A DNA stretch of 47,873 bases, from contig ADNK01000276.1 in NCBI GenBank assembly GCA_000320545.1, positions 1-47,873 of the forward strand. The letters are read 5' to 3'. Positions 13,601 to 26,200 of this stretch are shown here, piece by piece (the first letter of the stretch is position 1; each line of letters opens with the position of its first letter). This stretch comes from Bigelowiella natans CCMP2755 (lineage: Eukaryota; Protista; Cercozoa). The notes under the pieces were generated by a model. That model was not told the origin of the DNA and ran no database searches. It was given only the letters and a program-made list of their open reading frames with translations. The position numbers were made by a program, and so were the translations under genes.

Positions 13601-16600
13601 CCTCCTCCTTCTTGGCCGCTTCGACAGCTGCAGAGGACATCATATCGAAGGAGCCTATGAGTGATAACGGGTAGTAGTAGCAGCAGCAGACTTAGATAAT
13701 ACGAACGAGGGTGGAAAGTGCACAAGCTATCACCACAGTATTCTGTTTTTAGGAATAGCCGAGATACAGAGATTGTAATGGCATTCATTGCTATACAGGT
13801 AACACCCCAATCCCCTCCCTCTCCCTCCTCTTTCTACTCTTTGCACACAACCACCAAAGACCTTGTTCCTTCAGTTCTTGGAGATCGTCATCGTCAGGCG
13901 TAGGGAGAAGTTTAGGTGTATTATCATCAGTTGATAATTCTGCCTTTGCATTAGATTTCGTGAGCATAGCTGCTTCTCCTCCAGATACGACTTCCTCCTT
14001 GTCGTTGACTAATCGAACAGCGTCATCACTAGCCTTATTTGTTACCTTCGACATTGTCATGTCCGGGTTCTCGCAAGATACGCTTCCTGTGATTAGTGGT
14101 AAGTCAATATTAGTACAGGTCGGTTTATTTTTCTTTCTGTTACAACCTTTCTGCTCGATTTTGAAATCCACTGTTACCGTTGCCGGTGCTGCTGCCAGTG
14201 GGTCGTTAACTTTGCTCCTTCCGGCTTTCGCAGGGCTTCGCATATCAGATGCATCTCTATCTTCTTTCCTTAATTCTGTCTCATCCCCATCCTCGATTTG
14301 TTGGTCCTCCAGAGAACTAGCTATCCTTGTTGTTGTAGCTGTTGTTGTCTTAGCAAGGATCACATTGCTAGCATGTCCCTCCTTTTTACTCCTTGAAGCG
14401 TCATGCTGCTCTGACTTGTCCTCGATTCCGTCCTCTCTTCCTCCCGCTCCTGTTGCCATGCCTTTGCGTGATTTCCCATAATCTCCAATATCATCTAATG
14501 GCCTCATTACTTGAGTATGAGGCTTAAGAGTTCCGCTTGGAGAAGTGATGTCAATGGACCACGTTTTTACCTGACGCGTTGGCTGCACAACTTCATCTTC
14601 AATGATGATCTCTTTGACAGTCTTCTGCTTATCGTTGCGTCCACCACACTGAATGCCTCCGTCTTTGCAAAGCCCATCCTACATAACACAAGTAAATCGA
14701 CGTGATATAGACGTCCAGATTGTACCGGGTGATAATGATGAAAGTGGAATATTCGCGAGAAACATGCTTGCCTCTATACACCTCAATAGAGAGTAAATGA
14801 GGGGGTAGTAGTAATAATGTATCTATATCTAAAACAACTTCCACCTCGCTCTTATAATCATTATATCCCTTTCCTTGCCTCAACTGCAAAATCTCGGCTG
14901 CCGGTGAACCTTGACCAATTCTAGATCGCGAAGGGTTCTTTTCATGTGTTGATTCAGTGAAGGAGTCTGGTTTGATTTCCGCCTCCACATGCTTCATGAT
15001 CGGTCGGTTGTCTTCTATTTCTTCTTCCTGACCATCCGCATTTTGCTGCACCACATTCTCTTCCTGTGATTTCTCGTCATCGTTGCTCCCCCGTTTTCCT
15101 TCTATCCGCCTTCTAATGCGGTCTTCTATACTCTCGACATCAGGCTTATTCCCTTGCTGCTCAAGTGCATCGTGTTGCAACTGTTCCTTCTCACGTGCAG
15201 GAGGTGTTGTAGACGGAGAGGCGGCGGTGGTTGTCGCCGTCGTAAGTGCCACCTTTGGCAATACTTCGTCATTTACTTTGCCCGAGCTATCTGTTGTCAG
15301 GGGAGCAAGGGGCTGTTCTTGCTGTTCATGCTTCCTCTCTATCAAATCATCTCTTCCATCGCCTTGACTGATGTCCGCCTCTATGTTCCTGACGATCGTC
15401 TGGTTGTCTTCCACTTCGTCTATATTAGCATAAGCATTGTGTAATGGGATCTTTTCAGATGTAGGAAGAGTTGCAGACGGAGTAGCCGCAGCGGTGGTTG
15501 TCTCATTTGTCATGACTGTAGCTGTGGCTGTTTTGAGGTCCACCTTTGGAGGTACATCGTCATCGACCTGCTTGATATCCGCCTCCACATGCTTCATGAT
15601 CGGTCGGTTGTCTTCTATTTCTTCTGTCTGACCATCCGCATTCTGCTGCACTATATTCTCTTCCTGTGATTTCTTGTCATCGTTGCTCTCCCGTTTTCCT
15701 TCTATCCGCCTTCTAATGCGGTCTTCTATACTCTCGACATCAGGCTTATTCCCTTGCTGCTCAAGTGCATCGTGTTGCAACTGTTCCTTCTCACGTGTAG
15801 GAAGTGTTGTAGACGGAGAGGCGGCGGTGGTTGTCGCCGTCGTAAGTGCCACCTTTGGCAATACTTCGTCATTTACTATGCCCGAGCTATCTGTTGTCAG
15901 GGGAGCAAGGGGCTGTTCTTGCTGTTCATGCTTCCTCTCTATCAAATCATATCTTCCATCGCCTTGCCTGATGTCCGCCTCTACATTCTCGACGGTCGGC
16001 CGATTGTCTATTATCCGTTCTTTCCACTTTTCTGATTCTGATTGGGATGGCTGTGTCGTGATTGTGCTTTCCTTTGTTGCATTTGTAGGAGAGATCATTC
16101 TTGACCCCTTCTTGGCATCGCTCCCCTCCGTGATCTTAATGCTTCGCGCGATTTCCGATTCTTCACTATTTTCGTTCACATTTGAATGTGGTTCCAAGTT
16201 TTTCATCGAAGCAAAACTTTTGTTGGTGTCAGGCTTCAGAGAAGGCTCTTTTCTGGGTGGAACTATTCGGTCCTCCGAATCTTTATTCTTCTCATCAACC
16301 TTCTTGGGATCCGCTTTCAACGCAACAAGAGGAATCGTCCTCGAATCCTCCTTGCTTTGTTGCACTTTTTGCTCCTTTTCATGAAGCGTTTCATGGTGCT
16401 TTATGTTCGGAAGCTGCAAGCTCGCATCAGTTTGTCCGTCATTGCACTTCATTTCATTTGACCTTTCTTCTGGTTCTTCATTCATTGTTTTAGAAGCCTG
16501 CTCACTGGCTAACGCATCTATTTTTGTCTCGTATGACGCTATCCTCGCTTTCGTCGCGTCAGCGGTCGAGAGGCTCTGCCCAGTTTCTTGACCACTCTGC

Positions 16601-18529
16601 ATGGCTTTCACTTCATTGATTTTGGTGGTTGTGGTGCGCATGCTTCTGTGCTGTCTTTCTTCACATTGTTTCGCCATTGATCGAGGTTCGATGTTGATTG
16701 TCGTCGCGGATCTTTCCCTGGCGTCAGGCTTCGGAGCAAGCACGTCATTTTTGGGTTGCATTCTATTATCATTGGAGTGTTCCTCCTCCCCTCCCCCCTC
16801 CCGCTCCTTTTCACGAGCGACTCGAGAGGGCACATTAAGATCTCCTTCTTCCTCCACGGGCAAGCTCTGCGCAGATCTTTTTGCGACCATCTTGGAATGG
16901 AGGAGCTGCTCTTCTTTTCCCTCCTCTTGATCGCAGTTTATAGAGGCTTCAGTTTTCTCGATGTCTTTGACTTCTGTCCTCTTCCCATGCTTTTTCTCAG
17001 TCGGAGGAAGCCCCAGTCGTGGATCGATGCCATTCGAATTTAGACTTGGGTTCGATATAAATGGCAAGAGTTCCGATACTAAAGCTGCTTCTTTTTTATA
17101 AGACTCTTCCAGAGTCCCCGCTACCACACGCCGATTTGAACCAACGCCGGTCTGTCGAAATGCGTGCACGTTGCGCTTCTGCTCGGGCTGCTTTCCTAAT
17201 TTGAAGGAGCCCTTCTCATTGTTCGACAAATTTTTTTCCATCTCTCCCACGCTTGATGCGGCCCATGTGGACGCGACTGAAGGCGCGGCTGAGGGCAAAT
17301 ACCGAAGGGAAACCTGCGAATCTTCATCCTCGGCGTTTGGTGGTGCGACGGAGGACAAATGCCGAAGGAAAATCTCTGAATTTTCATCCGCGGACTCTCC
17401 ACTCTCCGTTTGCTTTTGTGAGCCATTCACGACCGCCCCCGATTGGACGGAAGCCTCGTCGGTTTCAACTACAGCTAAATTTGACGATGACGATGCGACA
17501 GCATTGCCAAATCTAATGGCGGAATTCTTCAAAGCCACTCCCTTGCCTCCTGCCATCTCCTTCGCTGCTTGCGCTTGAACATCATAACAGCTGGGCACAA
17601 CGTTAATGACGGGGAAAGAAGCGGTAACTTCTTTCAGTTCAACACCAGTTTCATTGCAGATATTGGGCGACATGGATGATTCTGTCAATGGATTGTTCAC
17701 GGTCCTGTTACTTTGTTGGTGCTCCCTCTCTGGAGTCTTCTCTTCATCCCCATTGCCAACATCTTCTACCTTCTCTACACCCTCTCCTTCACATAGAGTA
17801 ACAGGCTTCTTGCAAACCAATTCCCCGTCCGACTTGTCAGCGACGCCAAAGTCAACAGTTTTCAACTTATCGCGATATTTGCGGTCTACTTGCTCATTCG
17901 CAGGATTACCAGGGCTCTTTCTCTTATTTACTGTGAAAACAATGCGGACAAAGCATCCTGTTAAACCTTTGACAACGGTGAAACTACCGACAACCGGTTA
18001 CATGATATTATTGACATTCCACACCAAAGAATGCTATTTAGAAGCCCCTCTCCGTCTCATGATGGGCTAGAAGCTAAAATAAAACATGAAATTCCATTAT
18101 ACCCGCAACGTGGTGTTTCCATTGCAGATTCTGTTCCGATGCGTTCCAATTCTCGGCCTCTTCTTCTGAATGCCCTGCTGCTGCCGTCACTGTCGTGGAG
18201 CGGAATGAAGACACCTGCTTCCTGCTCTTCCATTCTGTGGTGGCACTGCCATTAATAACTGCAGCACTATCACTCTGAATGCCTTGTTGAATGCCGTCTT
18301 TGAACTCAAGTATCCTTGTCGTAGCCTTCTTTTCACTTTGACTTTCTCCGATTTGCTGTTGTCCGAGGCTGTCTCGCTTAGTATTATCTACATCATCGAA
18401 AATAATAGCATGAACTTCGTCATCTTTATTGGTATGCGAAGTAGGTGGAGAACCTATTGGCGACTGTCTGTAGTGTGATCTCGGCGAGCGCTCTTGTGTG
18501 CAAGGACTAGCGACTCTATCGAGGTCCAT
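8737..18529 (-). CDS. Giant (about 3,000 aa) low-complexity, charged protein with a coiled-coil segment; function unknown
   Basis: Consecutive same-strand long ORFs (18074-18529, 14629-17865, 13791-14588, 10677-13643, 10118-10480, 9257-10027, 8737-8940) are separated by short gaps bounded by GT..AG. There is an E/K/R/Q-rich heptad region at about 11500-12400 and a poly-K tract near 11340. The start codon and some junctions are uncertain. Confidence 0.75.
14977..15992. repeat. Intragenic in-frame duplication: two copies of about 415 bp at a 600-bp offset
   Basis: Lines 15001-15360 and 15601-15960 align almost base for base. The protein repeats DLIERKHEQQEQPLAPLTTDSSG...IEDNRPIMKHVEA. Confidence 0.95.
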
Positions 18530-18720
18530 TGAGGAATCAATGTGGGAGCCCTTACCCTCGATCCTCCTCGAATCTCTGGAGAACGAAAATATTCCATAAT
18601 GAAAAAATCAATTTTAGCGCTCTTAAAAGGATAGAGCAAAAGATCACTATAGATGATATTTGACTACACATTCTTCCTAACGTGTCATCATTCTCGAGAG
18701 ATGAAATCTATCAATTCTCA

Positions 18721-19883
18721 TCACCTTCGTTCTGTGCGTATGTGCCCTCTAAGGTAGCTAGTGCTTCTAGGAAACTCATCATTATCATTCTCGCTTGGGA
18801 TCTCAACGGAAAAGGGCTCCGTCCATATTCTGCACCGCAAGTTGCCTCCTGCGTTGTAATGAACAGCACCTTCTTCCTCGAGATGATCGCCTCTAGATCT
18901 ATGATATCTATCATTATCTATTAATACATCTCGTTCTTCTTCCCCTTCTTCTCCTTCCACATCTGCGAATCCTTGTTTCCCCCTGTCCTCTTCTGTTATG
19001 ACTGTTCTGTGGACAGTATCGTCATTCCCAGAGTTGCTCCCCCATTTCGAATCAGGTTGTTGTCTGTGCACACCATCACGCCTAAAAAATAAGAGACCAC
19101 TGCTTCAGACGAGTCTACATATGTGTTTCATACGGGTTGGTGCACAAAACGTATTTTATCTGGGATGATATTTTGTTCTTCCCGCTCATTGTAGAACTAT
19201 CAAAAACAAAATCTCGCTGGCAGGCAGGGTTGCCGTTTCGGGAAATCGCAACTTGTAGAACTAACCCCTTATGATGACGTGTCCGTGTAGCTTCCGAGTA
19301 GCCCCTCCGAATCAAACGCACTAAATCTTCCCAGAAACCAGAGTCTTGGAAGAGAGAGCCAGGGTTTCGGATGAGAGAGTACAGTAGGCTCTCAATCCCT
19401 GACAGCTCGGGGAAAATTCGCAGAGCAAGAAGTAGGGGAATGATGAAGATGATCAACATCGGAATCATTGCTATGATCAGAATCAACTGATTCCATTCTA
19501 ATGGTTGCACTTCATTTCTTCGCCCCCCATTGCCTCCAGCGCCTTCTTGGTGGTTATTATCCTCCTCCTCCTTTCGGGAGCCACGATTTTTTTGCATTTT
19601 CTCAAAAATCTGGGTTTAATTCCCTAGATTCAGGAGGTAGCAAATTAGTAATGAAGCAAATCGCTGGGGAGGGCAAACTTTTTGCTGTTGACCCCTTCCA
19701 TACTGTACCTGAGAATAGAGTGTTAGAAATCGCTAAGCCATGGAAAGCTACAGAGATACTCCTCTCGCCGTGTCTGTGCGCTCACACCATGAATTATTTC
19801 ACTTTCTATTTCGTTGGACAAACGATGACACTTCCCGCAATTTTATTGGGAAGATCACAAAGCATAGAAAGCGAAACTACCAT
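18721..19883 (-). CDS. Hypothetical single-pass membrane protein (start uncertain)
   Basis: In-frame GT-AG splicing gives (M)|VQYGRGQQQK|IFEKMQKNRGSRKEEED...WNQLILIIAMIPMLIIFIIPLLLALRIFP...HHKG|RDGVHRQQ...RTERR* with TGA at 18721-18723 and one strongly hydrophobic helix. Confidence 0.6.
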
Positions 19884-20293
19884 GGACAGCTTGGAATTAT
19901 CTTCTCTTCTCAAGCAAGGTAGGGAGGGAACAGTACACGTTAATGACGAGCTATCGGCTTAACTGCCTCAGTCGGCACTGGAAACCTGGAGGTAAAATCT
20001 GTTGTCGCATGGATATAACGCCATCAATTTGTTGATTTGCCATCCGAACGTTTGCATTTCCGTTTTGGCGTTTCAACTTCAATTCTGAACGATGCACGCT
20101 GCTCTGTCTGTAAATATGCATCTAGCGACAACACCTCGCAGCTGATTTAGGAAAGTTTTGGAGGCATTTTTACCGTGTTCGAGCCCCGAACAAAACTGGC
20201 AAGATATAGAAGTCGAGTAACGACTACAGGCGTGGGGAATGTACCTAAAATCAGCCCCTGCTTCTGCTGCTGATTCTGCTCGCGGAACGAGAG

Positions 20294-20330
20294 CTAGATC
20301 TAGATCTACTCCTGCAGTAGATCTAGTCTA
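20294..20330. promoter_or_regulatory. TAGATCTA-based inverted repeat in a divergent intergenic interval
   Basis: CTAGATCTACT (20300-20310), a CCTGC loop and AGTAGATCTAG (20316-20326) form a perfect 11-bp stem. The same 11-mer occurs at 32164-32174 in another divergent promoter region. Confidence 0.4.
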
Positions 20331-20464
20331 TCTGCTAAAAATCGGGCTGGTTGATACTTGCGAAAAAATATTAAAAGAATATATGTGTATTTAAAAATTC
20401 GGGTTCCTTCTTCATCGGCAGACCGTCCGCCACAACAGGATCGGGTGAGGAGGATATCAGCAAT

Positions 20465-22547
20465 ATGTCCATGAGGAACGGCCAGCAGAGGTTATACTAG
20501 ACTTACTACGCCCCTTTATCGTTCATTCGTTCATCTAGCAATACCTCTATCCCGTGCTGACTTCGCAAAAACCTCTCATTCCATACTGCAATCGTGTCAG
20601 AATTAGACGTGGGGGGAGCTTCGTTGCTCGGAAGGCATACAACCGTTTAAATCGCATCTTTAGCCACATGGCACTTGCCTCGTCTCTCTCGCCATTTGTA
20701 CCTGCTACAGTCAATTCACGCATTCGATATGCGGGACTATCATCTATTTCAACTGCAAAGGCCACCTTGGAGGCACTAAAGCCTGAGGTTGGCTCTAGTC
20801 TCGAGGACCTGCACACTCCTGCATTGGTCGTTATCAAAGAAAACTTCGAAAGGAATTTAAAGACAATACATGAAAAGCTTCCAGAGCATGTGTCAGTGAG
20901 GCCGCATGTAAAGGCGCATAAGTCCCCAGTTATCGGTAGGATGCAACTGGAAGCAGGTGGTGTACAATGATATCGGAACAACTGCAACGTTAACCCAGAG
21001 AAGAATCGAAAGAATTCTGGGAAAATGTCACAACAATAATATTTGTATTAAACAATCAGGCGCTCAAGGTCTATGTGCAGCCAAGCTGTCTGAAGCTGAA
21101 GTGCTGGTCGCGGGCGGTTGCCTCGACGTGTGCATTACAAATGAGGTTATCGGGAAAAGAAACCTTAGGCGGCTGGCAAGCTTGGCGAAGAAGGATGGAG
21201 CTGTGATCAGCGTTTGCGTCGATTCGAAAGAAAATATCGAGGAGATGGCCTCAATTATGAAGGAGGAAAATGTGAAGGGCTTAGGCGTACTGATAGAAGT
21301 GAATGTTGGACAAAATCGATGCGGCGTAGAGCCCGGCATGCCTGCAGCTGATCTTGCTCATGCTATTGCAAAGCACCAACCTTGGTTGGAATTTCTTGGC
21401 CTCCATGCCTACCACGGCTCAAACCAGGTACTACCATCGGTCTCCTTGCAGCTGCAAACACGCACTGATCTTATTCCGGATGTTGGTTCTATTTGTCTTC
21501 CTCCTTTTCGTTCAAAACCATATGTTAGCACGTCCGGGATCCTTTAGGTCGTGAGGGCACAGTAAAGCAGCAAGTCGCTCCTGCTGTCCAATCAACTTTG
21601 GACGCAATCAAATCGCAGCATGACATAGATTGTAAAGTAGTCACTGGTGGGGGAACAGGTTCATATCCCTTTGAAGTCGAGAGTGGGCTCTATACTGAGG
21701 TGTGTTTCCACCGCAACTGCTTTAAAAACCACTGCGCCCAATTACACGTTCAGTGAAATGCATAGTAGAGTTCATCAAAAATGTAATAGATACTCGATCA
21801 ACAACTCTATTTGAAACCGGATGGTTTTACTTCTGCCTCACGACTATTTGTCGCGGAGTAGGAGGAAACCATCCCATTTTCAGACGGTAGGAAGTTTTTG
21901 TGATTTCTTTTTCGATATAAAATAGACTATATCTTTTATGTCCTGAGTCGTTGTGGTATTAGTACCATCATCATCATCATCAGCATCATCATCATACATC
22001 ATCGTAATTATCATCATCAACCATGCTTATCACCGCGCCGGGATAAAATGATTAGATCCAGCCTGGCAGCTACATCTTCATGGACGTCGACTACTCAAAG
22101 AACCTGCAGCGTTCTGACAGACAACCTGGCCCGGGCCCCTTCTTGCCGAGCCTTTTTATTCTCACTACTGTAGTCTCTGTAAGCACGCAGGGATGGGCAG
22201 TCGTAGACGCCGGTATGAAGGCAGTGTCGTTGGATTCAGGGGCTCCTCGTATTTACTCTCTCGATTTTGAGCCTCAAGACGATTCTGTCGAATACATTTG
22301 CGGCGGGGATGAGCACGGTATAATTAAACCCCGAACCTCATCGCAGCAGCAACAACAGGAACTTGCTTACAAGGTAGGGGACCTACTCCTGCTACAGCCT
22401 GGCCACTGCGACCCGACTGTCAACTTATACGACTACTTCAGCTTCATTAACGAAAAAAAGGGAGAAGAGAAGTCGAATCGAGGGAGTGAGAAAAAATGGG
22501 TTGTGAGTGGTAATGTTGCAGTTGCAGCGAGAGGTCCTGGTTTGTAG
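20465..22547 (+). CDS. Fold-type III PLP enzyme of the DSD1 / D-threonine aldolase / 3-hydroxy-D-aspartate aldolase family
   Basis: Motifs LHTPALVV..RPHVKAHKS (PLP lysine), CAAKLSEAE, IEVNVGQNRCGV, GLHAYHG, VTGGGTGS, EIQPGSYIFMD, VVDAGMKAVSLDSG, GGDEHG and PGHCDPTVNLYD. Introns are GT-AG and the stop is TAG at 22545-22547. The start is either 20465 (short first exon) or 20668. Confidence 0.9.
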
Positions 22548-22609
22548 AGCAAAGTCGAACCTCATAGCACATTGTGAAATAACAACGTACAATGTGTAAC
22601 ATGTCGTAC

Positions 22610-22880
22610 CGAGGACACATGAAGGCTTTGACGCTCCAACTCATGCATGGGAGCGCCCATGCTAGCATGCTAGCATGCTTTGTTTGTTTTACGCTTACAA
22701 CGCTCATACAATGACCCAGCTTTGTTGCTAGTCAATCTCATTTGCGATCGAATCGACACACTCTAGCACTGTTGCTTGGACAGCCAGCGCATCGCATGTA
22801 GGCATGCTAGCATGCGTCGCATGTCCATGTCCCAGCGTGTGGCATGGAAATGTCGTGCGCAATGTGCGAGTTTTCGCAGT
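22610..22880. other. TpA-depleted domain between convergent genes
   Basis: About 9 TpA in 270 nt, 5 of them in CTAG. Repeated CATGCTAGCATG. CpG is abundant. Confidence 0.7.
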
Positions 22881-23241
22881 CAAATAGTTCACAGCAATGC
22901 AGATTCAAGTATGTATAAAAGTTAAACATAGATGAGACAAATGAAGATTGTAAGTAAAGAGGCGCAATTGGCGCTCTGAGTTCAGATGAAACGTCAAACC
23001 AGAAACTTTACGCAAACAAATAAATTTTATAATTTTTAGTTCGGGAAAAGAGCTAAGAGATCGTCCCAAAGGCAATTCATCAATTGCTTATTTGAAAGAT
23101 GCATCAGTAAAATGGGTTTTAAGAGAATGTGTTGAGAATCTAAAAGTCGCATATCAGTACCATGTAGGATCAAACTGTTATGATCTTTGTCTTTGCTCTC
23201 TCATTTTTCTTCTTCCCCTTCAATTTAGCCGAATATCATCC

Positions 23242-26200
23242 TTAGGTCTGCGCTTGGCCTGGCTCCACCTGAATCATATTGCATAAAATCATATGTGTAA
23301 TATGACGACATGATTACTGCGTAGGATTTAATAGGCAACTGAGAGGCAGACTCTGCGCGTTTATGCGTTTTGTGCTTGTTCTTCTGTCAATATACAAACA
23401 GGCACTAAGGGATATATAATTTGATACTAATACCTTCTTTTCTTTCCCTGAACCCTCTTCCAAAATTTTCTTCGCCTTCTCCTCATCGATCTTCAGAGCT
23501 CCCTAGCGAATCAAATGTTATCAGAAAAACATGTTAAAAACCGCTGGAGTGGTTTCGTTTTTTGCATAATGTACATTGTTATTTGCACGCGAACGTTTAC
23601 ATGCACCTCTAAGCTCTGAAGACTGTTCCGTCGGTTCAACCCCCCCTTTTTTAATTGAGGCTGGTAGTGGTATTATGTTGTATTATTTAGTTGTTATCTC
23701 TTGTTACTATTGACGTGAATATGTACTATGAAAATTTACTATTTCATTAGATACAGTCTAACTGACACTACTACTTGGTAGCTTGCTAAAAAACGCTACC
23801 AAAAGCAGGCATGTACTCATACATTCGCTATATCCTGATTGAGCTCGCCCCATGTGTTAGAAGAGAACAAATCGCCTGACTTTATCGTGCGAGTAAGGAA
23901 GTTTCCTACCACAATGCCTGACGGTAGTAAAGATTCACGATAATGACACGCAGACGCAGACGTAGACCTTAACCTTACATGCTGAACATGTCTTTCAGAG
24001 CAAAAGTAATTAAAATAGAACTATGTATCAAGATGGGATTGATCACCCATCGGTAGCTGAGAATTGCCTCCATTAGGTCCCAGAGGCAGTACCATCATTG
24101 TTGGTCCCTTCTTATATGCACTCATGCCCTTCTTTTTTTCCAATGCTTTTAGGGGTAAGGATATAGACAAATCAGCAGTGGCGGCATTAATACAATTTAG
24201 AATTATATGAATTGCGACTCTAATAAAGAACCCGGAGCCATCGTTATCATAAACAGACTTCATCAATCATCATGACATTATAGTAAGTCAAATAAGCGAC
24301 CTCGAATGTTTTTGTTGATGACAGGTGCTTGGAACTTCATCGCCAAATATGCAAACTGTACGCACCGCCACCGTTTTCATCACAGGCATGATGTTATGAT
24401 GGTGGTGGTGGTGTATGGATTGTAATGTAACGCATTTAAAATAATTCGCCATGAATATTGTGCTTTGTACTATCACAATCAACGGAATATTCACCATTAC
24501 TTATTTCAAATTATTATTTCTTGGAATGTCACGTCGTGGGTCAATGATGGCGTGTATTGTCGTAGTTCTATGATGCTATTGTTCATATGACAACCTTAGG
24601 ACCAATTGCAGCGCAATCACCCAATGCGAATGCGGTCTTACAGCCCTCAATCTGTAGATGCTCATTCACCTTTATGCGACCCTCTTCATCGACTGGAAGA
24701 TTCTATACGAGTGGTAATGATAATAATAACGATAACAAATATGATCATAAATAAGAGCGATGAAGGTGCTGGATAGAACCGGAAGTACGCTTGGTGGTAG
24801 TGGTTTTTATCACGTGCATATTTTGTGGCTTTATGCACACGTAAGTCATAAGTTAGCTTCTCCTACGACCCATATTATTGTTCCTACATCTTTGAAGCTC
24901 TTCGTGTTTGTCTTTGTTCCAGTGCAGAAGAACACCAGGTCTGTTCCGACCTGATCATATAGCATTCGGTCGATAGTAAGATCCGAATCAAAAAGTCTTC
25001 TGTCATTCCTGGGAATGCACAAGAGCAGCTTCTTAACCTTGTTGCCTTTAGAAGTAGTAAGTTCCCTTTTTCCTTCCACATAAGATACTGACGATTCCTA
25101 ACGTACAAAATTTATTCATCCCTTAGTGACTGCGAATTAGCTGCTGGCTAATGGTGGAAATGGTGATGATGTGGAAAAGGGGAGGATTAAGTAGGTGAAA
25201 TTGCCCACAAATAAAAATTTAACAAACGACCTTTATCTCGCTTTGTAGTTCTGAAAACTCAACACGCTCTCCAAGCATCACCTTATGATTGCACGACTGA
25301 ATCATTTAATTCCATTTTGGAATGAACAAAATTACGAAGTCTGTACAAATTCTTTGACAATTTTCCCCAAACGATGGCTCATAATAAACTAAAGGCTTAA
25401 TTTAGGCAGCAAGTGCCAATGATTAAAGCGCATAGTATCATGATAGTATCATGATTACTATCATGGGCCACAAACAATTTGTTTTCAGTATTCTCATAGT
25501 GAATGGGTGATACTATGTGTGTTTGCTCATCTTCTATGTGATGAACCTTGACATTAGGGAGCGCTTGTACCGCTGCAAGCGTCTTTGCCTTCATCTTATC
25601 ACCAAGCGCGGTGTTCTGTTTTCAAAAGATATGTGGGGAGCATGAGAACAACCATGGATTAATAAGTGTGTATTGAGCACAAATATGCGCTAAGAAGAAA
25701 ACAGCATGTAACGTTACTCCGATTAGGAGGAAACGGTAATCTATTAAAAGTTTTATCATATGAAACGCTCTGAAAATATTACATTCAATACGGTTTCTCC
25801 AGTGTGAATGAGGGTGATGCTTTTCTTGCTATAATAATGGGATAGTTCCCCAACGAGTTCAAGGCCAACCGCGCCCCCGCCAATGACCTGAAGAGAATCC
25901 AGAAAATGTTTACATTCGGAAATTGGGAGTCGACTGTAATTTCTATCCTAGAACATATTTGTAGATGATATAAATGCTTATATTCTATCACAACGGGCTC
26001 GCAACTGCAATCTTTGAAACAGATATGCTGGCACCGTGATGTTCTCCGCAGCGTTTACATCCTGGCGCATTTTTGAATACCTAGAAATATGACACAAACA
26101 CTTGCTACTTAAAATCCATCTATGCATCGATAATTGTGTGCATATGTGATTGATGACTATTTGCACCGATAACGTGGGTGGTATGTGTATCTAATTGTTT

